Assembly: GCF_000196355.1 (NCBI RefSeq) | Contig: NC_007614.1 | Coordinates: 3,000,001-3,032,000, forward strand | Direction of reading: 5' to 3' | Origin: Nitrosospira multiformis ATCC 25196 | GTDB taxonomy: Bacteria > Pseudomonadota > Gammaproteobacteria > Burkholderiales > Nitrosomonadaceae | Length of the DNA: 32,000 nucleotides | Shown: piece by piece, positions 8,847 to 18,463 of the stretch | Position numbering within the stretch: position 1 is the stretch's first letter | Layout of the letters: every line of letters starts with the position of its first letter | The notes under the pieces: generated by a model | Database searches by the model: none | Told to the model about the DNA's origin: nothing | Seen by the model: the letters and a program-made list of their open reading frames with translations, nothing else | Made by a program: the position numbers and the translations under genes

Positions 8847-9428
8847 TCAGCGTTGAATTCGCCTTGACTCTTCTTGCCCCGCTAAGGGCAAGCTTTTCAC
8901 TGCTGCTCCTTCAAATCTGCTGATCACGTCTGTAACAAAATGCTCGGAAAAGCCCGCCATAAAAGACCAGAATATCAGCTTTGCATATTCTTTGTGTCCT
9001 TCTCCATGTTGCTCGAAGATCGACAGGAAACTTTCGGAGGATGAATTGCTATCAGGCAGAAAAACGGGAAACAGATCGCCGGATAGCAAGCCGGAAAGAA
9101 AAAGTATAAAAAGCAAAAAGGCCAACACACCCCCAACCAGGGGAGAAAGAGCAGTGTAAACCCAGGACTCCGCTATCAACTCCAGATCCAACAAAGTCAG
9201 ATCCTTCAGACGGCGTTGAAGACCGACAAAGCCGCCAATCACGCCACTGGCGAATACGAGCAGCGGCACTATATAGATGGACTCCCTCAATAGAGCAGCA
9301 GCGGTCAATGAGAGGCCATAAAGAATAACCAGTGCGATGAAAAGACGTCGCGTAACAGAAATCAGCAGTCGAGCAGAAATATTATTTGACTTAACGGCTT
9401 CCTTGGTAGAGTTATCTGGCTCATCCAT
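8847..9428 (-). CDS. Hypothetical membrane protein (about 4 TM segments), orphan
   Basis: 193-aa ORF with a polar N-terminus and then hydrophobic helices (LFIALVILYGLSLTAAALL, IYIVPLLVFASGVIGGFVGL, VGGVLAFLLFILFLSGLL, LIFWSFMAGF). It is visibly AT-richer than its neighbours. No clear SD is present and no motif was recognised. Confidence 0.55.
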   Translation of the reverse strand: MDEPDNSTKEAVKSNNISARLLISVTRRLFIALVILYGLSLTAAALLRESIYIVPLLVFASGVIGGFVGLQRRLKDLTLLDLELIAESWVYTALSPLVGGVLAFLLFILFLSGLLSGDLFPVFLPDSNSSSESFLSIFEQHGEGHKEYAKLIFWSFMAGFSEHFVTDVISRFEGAAVKSLPLAGQEESRRIQR

Positions 9429-9682
9429 ATGGTTGGAGTGACCTGCTCCTTGAAATCCATCCTTAACTTGATCAAGGAAACAAGGTCGAAAGGTTATCGG
9501 CGCCTGGTATCCTGCGGATTATCCATCAAGACTTCCATAGCAAAAGAGCGCCGGGTATCACGAGATGATGCTCCGACTCCTCCGGGTTTGAATAGACTTT
9601 GGCGGCAAGCTTTGGCAGTCAGTGGCCCGCCAGGCGAGGAGATGCAGAGGAATATCATTCGCGCTGTATCCCCCTGTCCGCT

Positions 9683-10072
9683 TTACGCGGTTTTTTTCTG
9701 GATGAACTCGATCTTGTAGCCGTCAGGATCTTCCACGAACGCAATCACGGTAACACCGTGTTTCATCGGGCCTGCCTCGCGTGTAACCTTGCCGCCCCGT
9801 TTCTTCACTTCCTCACACGCCTGATAGGCGTTATCGACTTCGATCGCAATATGTCCGTAACCAGTTCCCAGGTCGTATTTGCCGGTATCCCAGTTGTGGG
9901 TGAGTTCCAATACCGTTCCCTCCGCCTCATCCTGATAACCGACAAATGCGAGGGTAAACCGGCCCTCGGGATAATCTTTCCGGCGCAGCACTTTCATTCC
10001 CAGCACGTCCGTATAAAAGGCAATCGACTTTTCCAGATCGCCCACGCGCAGCATGGCATGAAGTATGCGCAT
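9683..10072 (-). CDS. gloA: Lactoylglutathione lyase (glyoxalase I)
   Basis: 129 aa. [46 protein letters not shown]...HIAIEV...[14 protein letters not shown] is a near-textbook GloA. Confidence 0.95.
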   Translation of the reverse strand: MRILHAMLRVGDLEKSIAFYTDVLGMKVLRRKDYPEGRFTLAFVGYQDEAEGTVLELTHNWDTGKYDLGTGYGHIAIEVDNAYQACEEVKKRGGKVTREAGPMKHGVTVIAFVEDPDGYKIEFIQKKTA

Positions 10073-10270
10073 TCAGATTTCCACCATCTCAAAATCCTCC
10101 TTACGCGCTGAACATTCCGGACATGTCCAGTTCATCGGTACATCCTCCCACCTTGTTCCGGGCGGAATACCTTCCTGCGGAGAGCCTTCGGCCTCGTCAT
10201 ATACATAGCCGCAAATCAGGCACATATAGCAACGGTAGACACGCACTTCGGTCGTTTCGGTGGTAGTCAT
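10073..10270 (-). CDS. Rubredoxin
   Basis: 65 aa with two CxxC knuckles ([10 protein letters not shown] and [13 protein letters not shown]) at rubredoxin spacing. Its TGA stop abuts the gloA ATG directly. Confidence 0.93.
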   Translation of the reverse strand: MTTTETTEVRVYRCYMCLICGYVYDEAEGSPQEGIPPGTRWEDVPMNWTCPECSARKEDFEMVEI

Positions 10271-10318
10271 GATGAGTAGGGGTATTTAGGTTAAAATATC
10301 ATTTTACGGTATTAGTTC

Positions 10319-11158
10319 ATGTCTCAGCCACCCCCCATCGTACTTTCTTTTGCTGCCAGCGACTCTACCGGGGGCGCCGGTATCCAGGCTGATATTCTCA
10401 CTCTGGCCAGCATGGGATGTCACCCCCTTTCGGTCATCACCGCCGTGACGGTGCAGGATACGGCGGGAGTAGATGATGTAATGGCCCTGGATGCAGAATG
10501 GGTGACGGATCAGGCACGCGCGGTTCTTGAGGACATGCCCGTGCATGTGTTCAAAATGGGTTTGCTGGGCAGTGTGGAAATTATTGCGGCGATCGCCGAA
10601 GTGGTTTCGGATTATCCCAACATTCCAGTCGTGCTGGACCCTGTGCTTGCCTCGGGCCGGGGCGATGAACTCGCCAATGAGGAAATGGTGGCTGCCATGC
10701 GGGAATTGCTGCTGCCGCAGGCAACCATCATCACGCCCAACAGCCTCGAAGCGCGGCGATTGGCGCAGGATTATGAGGATGAGTCCGATATGCCGGATTT
10801 GCACCAGTGCGCAGGCCGATTGCTGCGCCTGGGATGTGAATATGTATTCGTTACCGGAACCCATGAAAATACTTCGCAAGTGGTGAACACGCTATACGGA
10901 ACTACCGGCATCGTGCGCACGGATGCATGGAATCGCCTGACGGGCTCGTATCATGGATCGGGGTGCACACTCGCCTCTGCTATCGCCGCCACGCTTGCCA
11001 ATGGATTGCCTATTGCAGAGGGTGTATATGAAGCGCAGGAATACACCTGGCAATCGCTGAAAGCCGGGTTCAGGCCTGGAATGGGGCAACATCTGCCAGA
11101 CAGGCTATTCTGGGCGCGTGATGAGAACGGTGTCGAGGAACGAAATCAAGCGATGTAG
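10319..11158 (+). CDS. thiD: Hydroxymethylpyrimidine/phosphomethylpyrimidine kinase
   Basis: 279 aa. The motifs SDSTGGAGIQADILT, KMGLLGS, ITPNSLEA and GSGCTLASAIAA are ThiD hallmarks. Confidence 0.95.
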   Translation: MSQPPPIVLSFAASDSTGGAGIQADILTLASMGCHPLSVITAVTVQDTAGVDDVMALDAEWVTDQARAVLEDMPVHVFKMGLLGSVEIIAAIAEVVSDYPNIPVVLDPVLASGRGDELANEEMVAAMRELLLPQATIITPNSLEARRLAQDYEDESDMPDLHQCAGRLLRLGCEYVFVTGTHENTSQVVNTLYGTTGIVRTDAWNRLTGSYHGSGCTLASAIAATLANGLPIAEGVYEAQEYTWQSLKAGFRPGMGQHLPDRLFWARDENGVEERNQAM

Positions 11159-11825
11159 CGCTGCTCCGCGTCGAGAAATAACCGGTCTATATGCGATCAC
11201 ACCAGATACAGGCGATACATCGCATCTGGTCGCGATGACATGGAGGGCGCTTGCCGGAGGTGCGCGACTGGTTCAATACCGCAGCAAAACGCTGAATGAG
11301 GAACTGCACCGGGAACAGGCGCGCTCCCTCGCCCATCTCTGCCGCCGGTTTGACGTTCCCCTCCTCATCAACGATCATATCGATCTTGCTCTGGAGGTCG
11401 GGGCGGATGGAGTGCATCTGGGACGGGAAGATGCACCCATTTCTCAAGCCCGGCTTAAACTGGGTCATGAAAAGATCATCGGAATTTCCTGCTACAACGA
11501 ACTCGAATCTGCCATCGAAGCCGAGTGCAATGGGGCGGATTACGTCGCTTTCGGGGCTTTTTTCAATTCCGTAACAAAGACCGATACCGTGCCCGCTTCC
11601 ATCGATCTGCTACGGCAGGGAAATCTTGAGATCAGGATTCCCATTGTCGCCATAGGCGGCATCAATAGCGATAATGCCCTGGAGTTGATCAGCGCCGGCG
11701 CGGATGCTGTAGCAGTCAGCAACGCCCTGTTTGGCGCACGAGATATCCGTTCCGAGGCCGCCAAGTTCTCCGGATTATTCAAGCGTCAGTCGTTTCACCC
11801 CTCATTGTCAAGGACCAGTCAATAA
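11121..11825 (+). CDS. thiE: Thiamine-phosphate synthase
   Basis: It contains [52 protein letters not shown] and VAIGGI, the ThiE TIM-barrel motifs. The start is GTG 11118 or ATG 11121, and either overlaps the thiD 3' end. Confidence 0.9.
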   Translation: MRTVSRNEIKRCSAAPRREITGLYAITPDTGDTSHLVAMTWRALAGGARLVQYRSKTLNEELHREQARSLAHLCRRFDVPLLINDHIDLALEVGADGVHLGREDAPISQARLKLGHEKIIGISCYNELESAIEAECNGADYVAFGAFFNSVTKTDTVPASIDLLRQGNLEIRIPIVAIGGINSDNALELISAGADAVAVSNALFGARDIRSEAAKFSGLFKRQSFHPSLSRTSQ

Positions 11826-13102
11826 TGTCACGCAACCAGCAATTGTTCGAACAGTCGCAAAAATTCATTCCCGGTGGTGTCAACTCGCCGGTTCGCGCCT
11901 TCAAATCGGTAGGCGGCACGCCGGTTTTCTTCAGAAAAGGTGAGGGTGCCTATGCCTGGGATGCGGATGACAAGTCCTACATAGATTATGTCGGTTCCTG
12001 GGGCCCTCTGATTCTCGGGCATGCCCATCCTGAAGTGGTTGATGCGGTCTATGCGGCAGCAAAAAACGGCTTGACTTTTGGAGCGCCCACCGAGGCGGAA
12101 CTGGAAATAGCGGAACTGCTGTGCCGACTGGTGCCGTCAATCGAGCAAGTCAGGCTGGTAAGCTCCGGAACCGAAGCGACCATGAGCGCCATCCGGCTGG
12201 CGCGCGGTTATACCGCTCGGAATCGCATCATCAAGTTTGAAGGCTGTTATCACGGCCACGACGACGCCTTGCTGGTGAAGGCAGGCTCTGGCGCTCTGAC
12301 TTTCGGCCATCCGAGTTCTGCCGGCGTCCCTGTTGAAACGGCTTCGAGCACGGTGGTGCTCGATTACAATGATCTCGCCGGTGTTGAACAGGCTTTCAAC
12401 CAGTTCGGTGCCGAAATCGCGGCAGTCATTGTCGAGCCTGTTGCGGGCAACATGAATCTTATCGCGCCTCAGCCCGGCTTCCTGGCGGGTTTGCGCGAAT
12501 TGTGCACGCGCCACGGCAGCGTGTTGATCTTCGATGAAGTGATGACAGGCTTTCGCGTCGGACTGGAGTGTGCCCAGGGGCTTTACGGAATAAAACCCGA
12601 TCTCACCACACTGGGCAAAGTGATTGGCGGCGGTATGCCAATGGCTGCGTTTGGAGGCCGGCGAGAAATCATGCAATGCCTTGCACCAGTAGGAGCCGTC
12701 TATCAAGCGGGTACGCTTTCGGGAAATCCGGTTGCGGTCGCTGCCGGCCTCGCTACATTGAAGCTGGTGCAGGTACCGGGGTTCTACGACAAACTCGCGG
12801 CGCGTACCCGCAAACTTACGGAAGGTCTTGCCGCGGCCGCAGCAAAACAGGGTGTGGTTTTTTGTGCGGAGGCTGTAGGGGGCATGTTCGGACTCTATTT
12901 CCGGGAGAGCGCGCCGAAAAGTTACGCGGAGGTGATGAGCTGTGACCGCGAGGCTTTCAATGGTTTTTTCCACGCCATGCTCGAGGAGGGTATTTATTTC
13001 GCCCCATCAGCATTTGAAGCCGGATTTGTTTCCGCGGCACACGGGGATGCTGAAATCAGCAAAACACTAGCCACCGCTGAAAAAATCTTTGCGCGGGAAT
13101 AA
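11825..13102 (+). CDS. hemL: Glutamate-1-semialdehyde 2,1-aminomutase
   Basis: 425 aa. [17 protein letters not shown] and the PLP-lysine context [13 protein letters not shown] are present. Its start shares one nt with the thiE stop (TAATG). Confidence 0.97.
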   Translation: MSRNQQLFEQSQKFIPGGVNSPVRAFKSVGGTPVFFRKGEGAYAWDADDKSYIDYVGSWGPLILGHAHPEVVDAVYAAAKNGLTFGAPTEAELEIAELLCRLVPSIEQVRLVSSGTEATMSAIRLARGYTARNRIIKFEGCYHGHDDALLVKAGSGALTFGHPSSAGVPVETASSTVVLDYNDLAGVEQAFNQFGAEIAAVIVEPVAGNMNLIAPQPGFLAGLRELCTRHGSVLIFDEVMTGFRVGLECAQGLYGIKPDLTTLGKVIGGGMPMAAFGGRREIMQCLAPVGAVYQAGTLSGNPVAVAAGLATLKLVQVPGFYDKLAARTRKLTEGLAAAAAKQGVVFCAEAVGGMFGLYFRESAPKSYAEVMSCDREAFNGFFHAMLEEGIYFAPSAFEAGFVSAAHGDAEISKTLATAEKIFARE

Positions 13103-13366
13103 AAACAGCGGGCAGTTGCTGCTGATAGCGAGGCAGTATCTTCCTCTAAAGATACTGCGCTGCGAATGGGTCAGGCCTGACTGCTGGAACTGGACCTCGT
13201 TCCACCCCGGCTCCCTTTCCGTGGCCCTGCCGAGCTACAGATCGCGCGAACGGACTGCTTCCGCTGACCGTATCCGGGCCCTATAGCCATCCCGGTCATC
13301 CCGATTTTACCGGCAGCGCCCTCTGCGATAATTCCGCGATAACTTCGGAATCCCCGACTTTTTTTA

Positions 13367-14029
13367 TTACTTGCGCAGACCCGAAATAAACTCGGATACC
13401 GCCTCCATTTCTTTTTCGCTCATCCGCGTTGCGATCACGTGCATAACCTTGTTCGCATCGTTTGCCCGCTGCTCGGTCCGGAATGCACGCAGCTGCGTAG
13501 CAGAATACTCTGCATGCTGCCCGGCGAGCTGGGGATAAACGGGAGGAATGCCGGCGCCGTTAGGGGAATGGCAACTGGAGCAGGCGGGAACATTGGTTTC
13601 AAGATTTCCGCCGCGATATATTTTTTCCCCCAGCTCGGCGAGTTCCTTGTTGTTGGCCACCCCGGGCTTGGGCTTCTGCTGAGCGTAGTAAGCTGCGAGA
13701 TTCCTTGCATCCTCGTCGGAAAGCGGCGCAACCATCGCTGACATCACCGCGCTATCGCGCTCTGCCGGCTTGCCGTCCTGCGACTTGAAATTATTGAGCT
13801 GCTTGATGATATACTCGGCATGCTGCCCCGCCAGATTGGGATTTGCAGGAATCATACTGTTGCCATCCGCACCATGACAGGCGGCGCAAACCTGGGAGGC
13901 GATTTGCTGGCCTTTAGCCGCATCTCCTGCCGTTTTGACAGGCTGGGGAGGCGTTTCCGCAAAAACATGGCTGGACAGGGCCAATACAGCCGATGCGGTA
14001 ATCATCGAAATTAGCTTGATGCCTTGCAT
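13367..14029 (-). CDS. Cytochrome c4 (dihaem, periplasmic)
   Basis: It has two CxxCH haem motifs (CAACHG and CSSCHS), each followed by a distal Met region, and a signal peptide MQGIKLISMITASAVLALSSHVFA. The track ORF extends to 14164. ATG 14029 (or 14077) is the more plausible start. Confidence 0.9.
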   Translation of the reverse strand: MQGIKLISMITASAVLALSSHVFAETPPQPVKTAGDAAKGQQIASQVCAACHGADGNSMIPANPNLAGQHAEYIIKQLNNFKSQDGKPAERDSAVMSAMVAPLSDEDARNLAAYYAQQKPKPGVANNKELAELGEKIYRGGNLETNVPACSSCHSPNGAGIPPVYPQLAGQHAEYSATQLRAFRTEQRANDANKVMHVIATRMSEKEMEAVSEFISGLRK

Positions 14030-14093
14030 TCCTGAGACTCCGAAGAAAGTAATTGGTATTTTGATTTGACTGCGCATTTTAAGGCAAAGGCCG

Positions 14094-14120
14094 TATAACA
14101 ACAATATAACAACAATAACC
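14094..14120 (+). repeat. Tandem 11-mer TATAACAACAA x2 plus a partial copy (TAACC)
   Basis: Read directly: 14094-14104 and 14105-14115 are identical, followed by taacc. An imperfect inverted copy, attgttgtttat, lies at 14150-14161, so the two bracket the ATG at 14130. Confidence 0.85.
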
Positions 14121-14129
14121 TTATCCGTA

Positions 14130-14777
14130 ATGAAAGCATTATTTTTTCTATTGTTGTTTATCAACCTCGCTTTCGCGCTATATATCCAGCTTGAACCGGA
14201 CGAAAGCAGCAGAGCCTCCCTGTCAGCGGAGCTTCAGACGAAAACCGGACCTTCATCGGCGGCCGCTCCGCCACCTCCATCTGTTTGTCTGGAATGGGAA
14301 GCCTTTCCCCAACCGGATGTCGCCCATGTAGAAGCAGCCATTTCCCGGCATAATCTCGAGGGCAAATTGAAATCGCGCACCATGGGCATGGCGCCCTATT
14401 ACTGGGTGCACATTCCCCCGCTCATGAACAAGCAACACGCCGAACGCAAGATAGGAGAGCTCAAGCGGCGCGATATTACTACTTACCAGATCGTGGAAGG
14501 CGACAGCAAGTGGAACAATGCGATTTCACTGGGATTTTTTGAAAAAATCGAGGACGCCCGCGCCTTTCTGGCAACCCTGAGGACTAAACGGGTCGTATCC
14601 GCCATTATCGGGGCAAGGAATGTCGAGCAGGTCAAGTTTGTCGCGGAGAACTCCCCGGCGGACCTGGAGGGGCAACTGGAAAAATTAAAGGCGGAATTTC
14701 CGAATAGCCGTATCACCAGGACCACTTGCGAGCCAAGGGCAGAAACGCATGGCAAGGCGAACTCGGCAGCACAATAA
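14130..14777 (+). CDS. Membrane-anchored protein with a SPOR-like C-terminal domain (function uncertain)
   Basis: 215 aa. It has an N-terminal TM or signal anchor (MKALFFLLLFINLAFALYI) and a Pro/Ala linker. The C-terminal region YWVHIPPL...AERKIGELKRRDITTYQIVE...NAISLGFFEKIEDARAFLATL resembles SPOR-type repeats by eye. The domain call is tentative. Confidence 0.6.
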   Translation: MKALFFLLLFINLAFALYIQLEPDESSRASLSAELQTKTGPSSAAAPPPPSVCLEWEAFPQPDVAHVEAAISRHNLEGKLKSRTMGMAPYYWVHIPPLMNKQHAERKIGELKRRDITTYQIVEGDSKWNNAISLGFFEKIEDARAFLATLRTKRVVSAIIGARNVEQVKFVAENSPADLEGQLEKLKAEFPNSRITRTTCEPRAETHGKANSAAQ

Positions 14778-14993
14778 AGAACCCGGAAAACCTTGAATGC
14801 AGAATGCTCCTTTCCCTCTCCGCCTGCTTCTCCTCCCTGTCATGCTCATGGATGTGTGATTTTCAGGGAAGTATTCTTCCACCGCGGTTTTTCTGACCTT
14901 GCTGCGGGCAAGCAAGTCTTGCAATAAGATATTTCCATCCTCATCATATAAGCTTTTCATTCAAATTTATCGGCTCATGGCTCTGAAATCTGT

Positions 14994-15794
14994 ATGACGG
15001 TGCATCTCAAATCCCCTGATGAAATAGAGAAAATGCGGGTAGCGGGCAGACTTGCATCGGAAGTGCTGGATTACATCGCGCCGTTCGTCAAGCCGGGAGT
15101 GACGACCGACGAGCTTGACAAGCTGTGTCACGATTACATGGTGAATGTGCAGGATACCGTTCCTGCACCGCTCAATTATGCCCCTCCGGGTTATTCGCCT
15201 TACCCGAAATCGATCTGCACCTCGGTCAACCATCAGGTTTGTCATGGTATACCGGGGCATAAGAGACTCAAATCCGGGGATATCGTCAATATCGATGTAA
15301 CCGTCATCAAAGACGGATATCACGGTGATACCAGCCGGATGTATCTCATCGGCGAACCCGGCATCCAGGCCAAGCGCCTGTGCAAGGTAACCTATGAAGC
15401 AATGTGGCATGGTATTGAAATCATCAAGCCCGGAAAACGGTTGGGGGATATCGGCCACGCCATTCAGCAGTATGCGGAAGGCCATGGATACAGTGTAGTG
15501 CGGGAATTCTGCGGTCATGGAATCGGAGCAAAATTCCATGAAGAACCCCAGGTGCTTCATTACGGTCGCGCCGGGACAGGGCTCGAACTCAAAGCCGGAA
15601 TGATCTTCACGGTCGAGCCGATGATCAACGCCGGCAAGCCGCAGATTCGCCAGCTGGCCGATGGCTGGACCATTGTCACAAAGGATCATAGTCTGTCGGC
15701 GCAATGGGAACATACCGTGCTCGTCACGGAAACAGGATACGAAGTGTTGACACAGTCGGGTGGCACTCCGCCGCAGCCCACCCTCCATTCCTGA
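14994..15794 (+). CDS. map: Type I methionine aminopeptidase
   Basis: 266 aa. The metal-ligand blocks are all present: VCHGIPG, GDIVNIDVTV, YHGDTSRM, FCGHGIG, FTVEPM and AQWEHTVLVT. Confidence 0.97.
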   Translation: MTVHLKSPDEIEKMRVAGRLASEVLDYIAPFVKPGVTTDELDKLCHDYMVNVQDTVPAPLNYAPPGYSPYPKSICTSVNHQVCHGIPGHKRLKSGDIVNIDVTVIKDGYHGDTSRMYLIGEPGIQAKRLCKVTYEAMWHGIEIIKPGKRLGDIGHAIQQYAEGHGYSVVREFCGHGIGAKFHEEPQVLHYGRAGTGLELKAGMIFTVEPMINAGKPQIRQLADGWTIVTKDHSLSAQWEHTVLVTETGYEVLTQSGGTPPQPTLHS

Positions 15795-15799
15795 CGACA

Positions 15800-18463
15800 A
15801 TGAAGGGGCTGAATGCAAAACCTTTCAGCCACGAAGCGGTCAGGCAGAAGCTCCTGAGCGGTCGCGAGTCGTTGCAGCGCCGCTACCACCAAAACAGAAA
15901 CGGCGCAGCCCTGCTGCGGGATCACAGTCGCCTGGTAGACGGTATTCTCCGCCAGGTATGGCATGAAATGAACATGCCCGGGTCCACCGCCCTGCTGGCC
16001 GTGGGCGGATACGGCCGAAGACAGCTTTTTCCCTATTCCGATATCGATCTAGTGGTATTGCTACCGGATAAAGGGGATGCTGCCGAGGCGATGGATAATG
16101 AGCTCGGGACTCGCCTGGAGCACTGGGTAGGATTGCTGTGGGATATCGGCCTGGATATCGGCCATAGTGTGCGCACGGTCAAGGAATGTGGCGAAGAGGC
16201 AGCCAACGACATTACCGTGCAGACCAGCCTGCTGGAGGCCCGCCTCCTTGGAGGCAACTCCGATCTGTTCGATCGGTTCCTGCAGGTAATGGAAACCATG
16301 CTTGCACCCCGGAAATTCTTCGTCGACAAGCAGCTCGAACAGCAGCAGCGTCATAAGCGATATCAGGACGCGCCCTACAAGCTCGAGCCGAACATAAAGG
16401 AGAGCCCCGGCGGCCTGCGCGATCTGCAGAACGTGTTGTGGATCAGCCGTGCTGCCGGATTCGGAAAGACCTGGTCGGAACTGGCGAAAAAAGGCTTCAT
16501 CATCCGCCGCGAGGCCAGGCTCATCCAGCGTCAGCAGACTGTGCTGCAAGACCTCCGCATCCGGCTGCACTACCTCGGTGGCAGGCGCGAAGACCGCCTG
16601 TTATTCGATTACCAGAATCCCCTGGCCGAAGAACTTGGCATCGCTGCGAAGCCCCCGCGCCGTCCCGGAGAAATGCTGATGCAACGATACTACCGCGCCG
16701 CGAGATCGGTGACCCAGGTCAATACCATTTTGCTGCTTACCCTGCATGCGGAAATTTTTCCGGATGAGGAGGCAGTGACGACGATCATCAATGAGCGGTT
16801 TCAGAAGCGCGGCGATCTGCTGGAGATATGCGAAGAGGATATTTTTGAGCGGGATCCCGGCGCGATACTGGAAAGCGTTCTGCTCCTGCAACAGAACCCG
16901 GACCTTAAAGGCCGCAGCTTCGCCACTCTGAGAGCGATGTGGCGTTCGGCGCCGCTCATTACGGCTTCATTTCGCCGCGAGCCTCGTCATTGCGCCATGT
17001 TCATGGAAATACTGCGTCAACCTCGCGGACTGACACGCGAGCTCCGGTTGATGAACCGCTACGGCATTCTCGGGCGCTACATTCCTGCTTTCGGCCGGAT
17101 TATCGGCCAGATGCAACATGATCTCTTCCATGTATATACGGTGGATGAGCACATCCTGATGGTCGTGCGAAACCTGCGTCGCTTCATGGCACCCGAATTC
17201 GCCTATGAATATCCGCTCTGCAGCAGACTCATCAATGAATTCGAACGGCCTGAGTTACTCTATCTTGCCGGACTGTTCCACGACATTGCCAAAGGTCGGC
17301 AAGGGGATCATTCCTTGCTCGGCAAGGTCGACGCGAGGCGCTTCTGTGAACGGCACCGAATGCCTGCAGAAGATACCGAACTGGTCGTCTGGCTGGTGGA
17401 AAATCATTTGCACATGTCCGCCACGGCACAAAAAAAAGATATAGCGGATGCCGAGGTCATTGCGGATTTCGCCGCAAGCATGCGGGATGAGCGGCATCTC
17501 ATCGCGCTTTACCTGCTCACGGTTTCGGATATCCGGGGGACCAGTCCCAAGGTATGGAACGCATGGAAAGGCAAGCTGCTTGAAGATCTGTTCCACCGCA
17601 CCCGACAGTATCTTTGCGGCGAAACGGCGCTCACTGACATTTCTCTGGAAAACCGCAAAAACAAGGTGCTGCAACTGCTGCATCCGGATGATGCAGCAAT
17701 GCGCGCCTATGAGCGGTTCTGGTCCGGGCTCGATTCCAGCTATCTGATGATGCACGATCCCCGGGAAATTGCCTGGCACACGCAGCATCTGAGCCAGAGG
17801 ATGAAATCACCGGCACCGATAGTCAAAACACGCGCCGCCGAAACCGGGGCAGGGGTAGAGGTACTGGTTTATACGGCCGACCAGAAGGACCTGTTTGCCC
17901 GCATCTGCAGTTTTTTCGACGGTATCGACTACAATATCGTCCAGGCAAAAATCCACACGACCCGCGAGGGATATGCGCTCGACAGTTTTCTGGTGCTGGA
18001 CCCCTTCAATGTTGCAAACCATGATCCGCGGGAGTTTCAGTTCATCGAGCAGGAGCTGACACAGCAATTGGAGCAGCAGGCTTTAATGGCGACCCCCGTG
18101 AAAGGGCGCCTGAGCCGCCACCTCAGGCATTTTCCGATCACGCCGCAAGTCAGCATCGAGCCGGACGACAGCGGCGCCTATTATGTGCTGTCCATCACGG
18201 CAGGCGACCAGTCCGGATTGCTCTCGCGCATTGCGCAAGTGCTTGTGCGGTTTGGGTTGAACGTCCACAGCGCCAGGATAAACACATTGGGCGAACGTGC
18301 CGAGGATACTTTCCTGGTTACAGGAAGCATTTTGAGCAACTCCCGGTCAGTGATCCAGCTCGAAGCAAACCTGATAAAGGTGCTGCACACATCCCCGCAA
18401 CCGGAGACACCCGGAAAAGCCCCCGGAAAACCTTCTGCCGGAGACCGGATTATCCCGCGCTGA
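15800..18463 (+). CDS. glnD: [Protein-PII] uridylyltransferase / uridylyl-removing enzyme
   Basis: It has an NTase motif ([19 protein letters not shown]), an HD domain (YTVDEHIL...[11 protein letters not shown]) and two C-terminal ACT-like repeats. The track ORF starts at 15704 inside map. ATG 15800 (MKGLNAKPF), 5 nt after the map stop, is the likely start (~887 aa). Confidence 0.95.
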   Translation: MKGLNAKPFSHEAVRQKLLSGRESLQRRYHQNRNGAALLRDHSRLVDGILRQVWHEMNMPGSTALLAVGGYGRRQLFPYSDIDLVVLLPDKGDAAEAMDNELGTRLEHWVGLLWDIGLDIGHSVRTVKECGEEAANDITVQTSLLEARLLGGNSDLFDRFLQVMETMLAPRKFFVDKQLEQQQRHKRYQDAPYKLEPNIKESPGGLRDLQNVLWISRAAGFGKTWSELAKKGFIIRREARLIQRQQTVLQDLRIRLHYLGGRREDRLLFDYQNPLAEELGIAAKPPRRPGEMLMQRYYRAARSVTQVNTILLLTLHAEIFPDEEAVTTIINERFQKRGDLLEICEEDIFERDPGAILESVLLLQQNPDLKGRSFATLRAMWRSAPLITASFRREPRHCAMFMEILRQPRGLTRELRLMNRYGILGRYIPAFGRIIGQMQHDLFHVYTVDEHILMVVRNLRRFMAPEFAYEYPLCSRLINEFERPELLYLAGLFHDIAKGRQGDHSLLGKVDARRFCERHRMPAEDTELVVWLVENHLHMSATAQKKDIADAEVIADFAASMRDERHLIALYLLTVSDIRGTSPKVWNAWKGKLLEDLFHRTRQYLCGETALTDISLENRKNKVLQLLHPDDAAMRAYERFWSGLDSSYLMMHDPREIAWHTQHLSQRMKSPAPIVKTRAAETGAGVEVLVYTADQKDLFARICSFFDGIDYNIVQAKIHTTREGYALDSFLVLDPFNVANHDPREFQFIEQELTQQLEQQALMATPVKGRLSRHLRHFPITPQVSIEPDDSGAYYVLSITAGDQSGLLSRIAQVLVRFGLNVHSARINTLGERAEDTFLVTGSILSNSRSVIQLEANLIKVLHTSPQPETPGKAPGKPSAGDRIIPR

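Noticed and set aside
12137-12973. Long antisense or off-frame ORFs inside well-supported genes (for example 12137-12973, 26538-27410, 5006-5713, 10304-10879, 14967-15818, 16061-16570, 17255-17788, 27491-28105, 1097-1585, 1645-2169)
   Set aside because: These are typical shadow ORFs of GC-rich coding DNA. Their translations are Arg/Ala/Gly/His-rich with no motifs. Each lies fully within a gene whose own frame carries unmistakable family signatures.
15704-15799. N-terminal extensions proposed by the longest-ORF track (glnD from 15704, PLD from 6262, cytochrome c4 to 14164, rhtA-like to 24207, prmC to 26379, purM from 2383)
   Set aside because: The extensions overlap the preceding gene or precede an obvious signal peptide or conserved N-terminus. 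Internal in-frame starts give family-typical lengths.
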